Shown here: positions 59,791-64,000 of the stretch, piece after piece | How positions within the stretch are numbered: the first letter of the stretch is position 1 | Layout of the letters: each line of letters begins with the position of its first letter | DNA from: an uncultured delta proteobacterium | Lineage (GTDB): Bacteria; Desulfobacterota; Desulfomonilia; UBA1062 | Assembly: GCA_963798485.1 (NCBI GenBank) | Contig: CAWCTR010000014.1 | Coordinates: 192,001-256,000 of the forward strand | DNA: 64,000 nt | Reading direction: 5' to 3' | The notes under the pieces: model-generated | Told to the model about the DNA's origin: nothing | The model's input: the letters and a program-made list of their open reading frames with translations, nothing else | Database searches by the model: none | Made by a program: the position numbers and the translations under genes

Positions 59791-60458
59791 GTCAGCGTGA
59801 TCTCGATCATCGGGTCATCCACCTGCTTGATGACTTGCGAAACAGCTAGGCCGACTCCCATCCCAATGAGCGCGCCGATGCCGACGATCTTGATAAAATC
59901 AAAGGCCAACCCGCCGGCCGTCACGCCTGTCCCTGTCACAAGCGCAAGGCTGAGCGTGAAGAAAACGATCGCGGTGCCGTCGTTGATGAGGCTCTCGCCT
60001 TCGAGCAACACAGAGAGACGTTTCGGGACACCCAGGTTTTTGAAGATCGCGACCACGGCGATGGGGTCGGTGGCGGAGATGATCGCGCCAAAGACCTGCG
60101 CGTGTTCCCAGGTAAAACCTTGAACGAAATTCAACGTGTTGGCGACCGGCGTCAAAATCAGGGCTGTCAGTGCGATCGCCGCAACCACGCCGGGCATGGC
60201 CAGCGAATTAATGGTGAGGCGGTTTCGCCAAAATTGCTTGAACTCGATGTAAAACGCGGCTTCAAAGAGCAGTCCTGGCAGAAAGATGTTGAACAATAAC
60301 GCCTTTGTCAGGTGGGGCGCTTCGAAGACATGCAGCAGCCCCAACACGAGGCCGGTGAAGACCAGGGCCACTGTGTAAGGAACGGACAGACGTTGCACCG
60401 CGATCGCTACGGCCGTGGCCACAACGAACAGCAAAATAAAGATTGTTTCTGTCTCCAT
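59772..60458 (-). pseudogene. CPA1 Na+/H+ antiporter N-terminal fragment
   Basis: FLPGLLFEAA, ISATDPIAV, EGESLINDG; cut after IEITLT and fused out of frame to the ATPase fragment. Confidence 0.85.
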
Positions 60459-60545
60459 TACAGTACGTTATCTCGTTTCAAGGTCTCCATCAGCTTGTCG
60501 AACGGCTTGTTAAATTTATCGACTCCTTGTTTTACACAATAGTAG
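60458..60545 (-). pseudogene. Probable transaldolase C-terminal remnant
   Basis: GVDKFNKPFDKLMETL resembles the EGV.KF..PFD.L end of long-form transaldolases. Confidence 0.45.
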
Positions 60546-60546
60546 G

Positions 60547-61104
60547 CTATTTCTGACCCGTCTGGTTCTCGGACAACACTGGCCAATTCCGGACTTGCTG
60601 CCAAGCCTGCTGTACCGCTGGCGGCAGCTTGTCCATGTGCTTCAGGAAAAGCGCAAGCGTCCAGATCTGCCGGTCGCTGAGGGAGTGCCGCCATGTAGGC
60701 ATGCCCGTCAGACGAATACCGTGCTTGATCTTCCAGAATGAAAAACCTTCCGGGTCGTCCTCAACCCCGTCGGTCGCCAATTGCGGTGGCTTTTGATAAA
60801 GACCTGTCGCTATCGGCGAGGCAGACGCGACCCCTTTCGCTGAACCATGGCAAACCGCGCAGTTCTGCGCAAAAAGACGGACTCCATCAAAGAGATTCTG
60901 CTCGGTCAGCGCCACCGGGTTTTGGCCCTTTGGGGCTTCGCGACGCAGTGTCGCATCCAGCGAAGTAGTGGCCATCCAGATTTCCAGCCGACTGGGGTTT
61001 GTATCCGCATTGGCCGGAATAAGCCCGCTCAACACCAGAAAGTAAGCGCCGATCAGGCCAACGGCAAGCGTTAATACGACTCCCCACACCATATTTTTTA
61101 CCAC
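60547..61104 (-). CDS. Membrane-anchored monoheme cytochrome c
   Basis: CAVCHG, GIRLTGMP; AGGAGG RBS. Confidence 0.87.
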   Translation of the reverse strand: MVKNMVWGVVLTLAVGLIGAYFLVLSGLIPANADTNPSRLEIWMATTSLDATLRREAPKGQNPVALTEQNLFDGVRLFAQNCAVCHGSAKGVASASPIATGLYQKPPQLATDGVEDDPEGFSFWKIKHGIRLTGMPTWRHSLSDRQIWTLALFLKHMDKLPPAVQQAWQQVRNWPVLSENQTGQK

Positions 61105-61297
61105 AACACCTCCTTGTCCAGTGACGGTACACCGCCGATATCCAGAAACACACAGGTGCGGCGTTTCCGATTGGCCGACAGGCGAAGCAGTCGCTCCGGA
61201 TGGAAAAATTTATTTTTCAATATGTTCAAAATATCCTTCCAGCAGGTCGACCTGCGCGGCGAAAAGCGCCAATGTTATCTGTTTGCACGGAGCCCCT

Positions 61298-63463
61298 TTA
61301 CGAAACGTGCAGGGCTTTGTTCATCTTGGACAGCACCGCCTTCTGGTAGGTCGATATGGCCGATTTTTTCACCACGATCTTCTTGGCAAGGACCAGGGCG
61401 CTCCTGCGGTCTTCAGGCTTTGGTATCATGGTTGCAAGCGATGTGAGGGCTTTGTCTTCATCGGTCTCAAGGATGCTCGACTGTTCATGGAACATGCGCA
61501 GAAAATCATCCCTTTTGATCCTCTTGAACCGTGCGCTCGACTCCAGGAGCCGTTCATCCTCATAGAGCGCATCCCGGTCGATGACATGATCCGCATCCTC
61601 CAGGGCCATGACCATGCGGATGACCCCTTCCTCGTAGCCGCCCTTGTTCATTGCGCCCTCCCAGCGCTGCCGTTCATTTTCCGCGTGTGCGTCTTCCCTT
61701 TTCTTCTCCTGTCTCGACATCCTTTGGTGCAGTTCCTTCTCCGACTGCACAGGGAACATAAGCTTCATCAGCGGGTTCTCATAGACGGTAAAGAACATGG
61801 CCTCATCAAGACTGTCACGTATGCTTTGATACCCGCCCAGAATGGCAACGATGCCTTCAGAGATTTGGTCCTGAAGGGCCAGAAAGGCATTGTCCTGGCT
61901 GACCGGTTTCCGGGACTTTTGCACCATGGGCGCCAGGAATCTGAAGGGCAGCATGAACGGATTGACCCTGTCCGAGAAGATATATTTGTTCACCCGGAGC
62001 GGATGAAGCTGCTTGAGGATCTCTGCGGTGGTCTCGTTGGAAAGCATCTTCACCCAGGGGCTTACAAAGGTGTTATACAACCAGTCGTTCATCTCTGAAA
62101 CGGCTGCGACCCTGCTGAAGTCCGCATCTTCCTCCTTCATCTCTTCCTTGCCCTCGTTCAGGGCCATGAGGTCCTTCATGTCGCGCTCCTCGAAGCGGAC
62201 ATCGTAATCACTCACCCCTTCCTTCTTGCCCTTATCGACTATGATCATCTCATAGAGACCCGGTGCTAGCGCCTCTATCACATCGATGCTCTTGATGATT
62301 TCATTGTGCTCCTTCTGGGCGATCTTTGAGCCGACGAAGATCCCCAGGTGGCCGACATCCGGGTGAATCATATAGATGATCACCTTGCCCAGGGCCTTGA
62401 TTTCCTCCACCGACGAGTATTCCTTTATGATCCAGTCCAGGGCCTGCTGGGGCGGTGTAATGTTATCCCCCTTGGAAGCGAACAACACTATCGGTTTTTT
62501 GATGTCTTTCAAGTTCAGGATCTTTTTCCTGTCCAGAGACAGCTTGCCTTTCTCCAGTTTGTCGCCCACAAAGAGGTTCTCTACGGTGGAGTGTATCTCC
62601 TCTTTGGTCATTTCGGAATATCCGTCCCACCATTTCTCAAAGGCGAGGTATCGTTCCTCATCGGTATCCACATTGGAATAGAGATTATACTGCTTTTTCC
62701 ATAGGGTATTCCCGGGGTTGAGGCTTTCAAAGTTCTCCTCGAGCCATGCACCGTCGAATGTGCCGTTGCCCAGGTCTGACAAGAGTGAGGTAAGCCAGAT
62801 CCCGCCAAGCAGTCCTCCCGCATATCGCATCGGGTTCTTACCCTGAACCCCTGACCAGTACGAGAGGGGTGAGCCGTTCAGTACCAGAGGGCCGGTCAAG
62901 TCAGGACGGTCGGCGCCAAGCAGTGCCACAGCCCAGCCTGCCTGGCAGTTGCCGATCACCGCCGGCTTTTCGGCCTTTGGATGAAGCCGGGCAACCTCCT
63001 CGATAAAGCGGATCTCCGCCTTTTCAACATCCCCCAGCGTCTGTCCGTCCACGGGCTCCGGATGGAAGAGGATGAAATAGACCGGGTGCCCCTGGGCCAA
63101 GGCATCTCCGATCTCGGAATCCCGCTTTGAGCCGCCGATGCCCGGGCCGTTTCCTGCCCTGGGGTCGATGACCACTATGGGTCGTTTTTCCGGATCTATA
63201 ACATCGGTCTTTCTCGGTAGGATGCGCGCCAGGTCGTAATTCACCGGCTTCTTGAAAGTCCGGCCCGAAAGGATGATCTCATAGTCGAAGACAAGAACCG
63301 GTGGTTCTCCTTTTTTAATCGTTTCAAAATAATTGTTTCCCCGTTTCCTGAGGATATCCATAAAAAGGATCCACCGCTGGATGGAATCGAGCCAATATTC
63401 GTGGGCCTCTTTCATCGCCTCGAATGCCATACTCGGGTTTTCAGGATTCTTTTTTTCATTCAT
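61298..63463 (-). CDS. DUF3141 protein (PHA synthase/depolymerase-like alpha/beta hydrolase)
   Basis: DPRAG.GPGIGG.K.DSEIG.AL, GNCQAGW, GDNITPPQQAL, VGHLGIFV. Confidence 0.85.
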   Translation of the reverse strand: MNEKKNPENPSMAFEAMKEAHEYWLDSIQRWILFMDILRKRGNNYFETIKKGEPPVLVFDYEIILSGRTFKKPVNYDLARILPRKTDVIDPEKRPIVVIDPRAGNGPGIGGSKRDSEIGDALAQGHPVYFILFHPEPVDGQTLGDVEKAEIRFIEEVARLHPKAEKPAVIGNCQAGWAVALLGADRPDLTGPLVLNGSPLSYWSGVQGKNPMRYAGGLLGGIWLTSLLSDLGNGTFDGAWLEENFESLNPGNTLWKKQYNLYSNVDTDEERYLAFEKWWDGYSEMTKEEIHSTVENLFVGDKLEKGKLSLDRKKILNLKDIKKPIVLFASKGDNITPPQQALDWIIKEYSSVEEIKALGKVIIYMIHPDVGHLGIFVGSKIAQKEHNEIIKSIDVIEALAPGLYEMIIVDKGKKEGVSDYDVRFEERDMKDLMALNEGKEEMKEEDADFSRVAAVSEMNDWLYNTFVSPWVKMLSNETTAEILKQLHPLRVNKYIFSDRVNPFMLPFRFLAPMVQKSRKPVSQDNAFLALQDQISEGIVAILGGYQSIRDSLDEAMFFTVYENPLMKLMFPVQSEKELHQRMSRQEKKREDAHAENERQRWEGAMNKGGYEEGVIRMVMALEDADHVIDRDALYEDERLLESSARFKRIKRDDFLRMFHEQSSILETDEDKALTSLATMIPKPEDRRSALVLAKKIVVKKSAISTYQKAVLSKMNKALHVS

Positions 63464-63466
63464 AGC

Positions 63467-64000
63467 TTACTCCATTCGGTGGCTCACCAGGGCGGCGAAT
63501 GCGCATGAGATCAGCCTTGCCCTGGGCGGGTCGGACCGGGATGTGAGGATGATCGGGACCTTTGTCCCTACGACGAAGCCGGCCATCTGCGCCCCGGCCA
63601 GATATTCAAGGTCCTTGCCCAGGATGTTGCCCGAAACCAGGTCCGGCACCACCAGGATGTCAACGTCGCCTGATACGGGGCTGTTGATCCCTTTGACCCT
63701 TGCCGACTCGGCTGAAATGGCATTGTCGAAGGCGAGCGGCCCATCCACGACGGCCCCTTCTATCTGCCCCCTGTCCGCCATCTTTGCCAGACATGCCGCA
63801 TCCATGGTGGAGGGGATGGACGGGTTGACGACCTCCACTGCCGACAGGGCGGCAACCTTCGGTTTTTCCACCCCCAGCAGACGGGCAATATCAACCGCAT
63901 TCTGCACGATGTGCATTTTGGTGGAGAGGTCCGGGCTGATGTTGATGGCGGCATCGGTAATGTACAGAATCTTGGGATAGGTCTTCAGGTCTGCCAGGAA
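63467..64000 (-). CDS. Phosphate acetyl/butyryltransferase (partial; starts beyond window)
   Basis: TDAAINI.P, DGPLAFDNA.S, P.LVSGN...K, PIILTSR. Confidence 0.9.
   Translation of the reverse strand, partial: FLADLKTYPKILYITDAAINISPDLSTKMHIVQNAVDIARLLGVEKPKVAALSAVEVVNPSIPSTMDAACLAKMADRGQIEGAVVDGPLAFDNAISAESARVKGINSPVSGDVDILVVPDLVSGNILGKDLEYLAGAQMAGFVVGTKVPIILTSRSDPPRARLISCAFAALVSHRME

Overview
Bacterial chromosomal window, most consistent with an anaerobic Deltaproteobacteria/Desulfobacterota-type genome. This taxonomy is inferred from gene content only. 1-47 kb is mostly housekeeping and envelope genes: lipoate ligase (partial), accB, efp, peptidase, the shikimate genes aroQ/aroKB/aroC/aroF, a cobalamin-riboswitch btuB, moaC, an ArnT/phosphatase/YejM-like cluster, tmk, ppdK, an octaheme-TPR protein, znuCB, TamB/Omp85, an AGPS-like/glpD/FadR operon and a DRTGG/anti-sigma/PHP module. 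The best signals are not in the ORF track. (1) A 23-codon leader peptide rich in Phe, Tyr and Trp, with terminator and antiterminator, precedes DAHP synthase aroF. (2) Three fluoride (crcB-class) riboswitches lie within about 5 kb (48.7-53.8 kb). The one fronting intact genes precedes a dynamin-like GTPase plus a cation/H+ antiporter, and the window has no Fluc or CLC-F exporter. (3) A Cys-rich ribbon-helix-helix regulator with a palindromic operator heads znuCB, and znuA appears collapsed to 20 codons. (4) A GTAG-type REPIN. The 51-61 kb region is strewn with truncated gene remnants (eno, MutS-like, H+-ATPase, Na+/H+ antiporter, transaldolase), indicating a decaying island or assembly artefacts. 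No tRNA, rRNA, CRISPR array or intact transposase was recognised. All product calls come from motif recognition; no searches were run.
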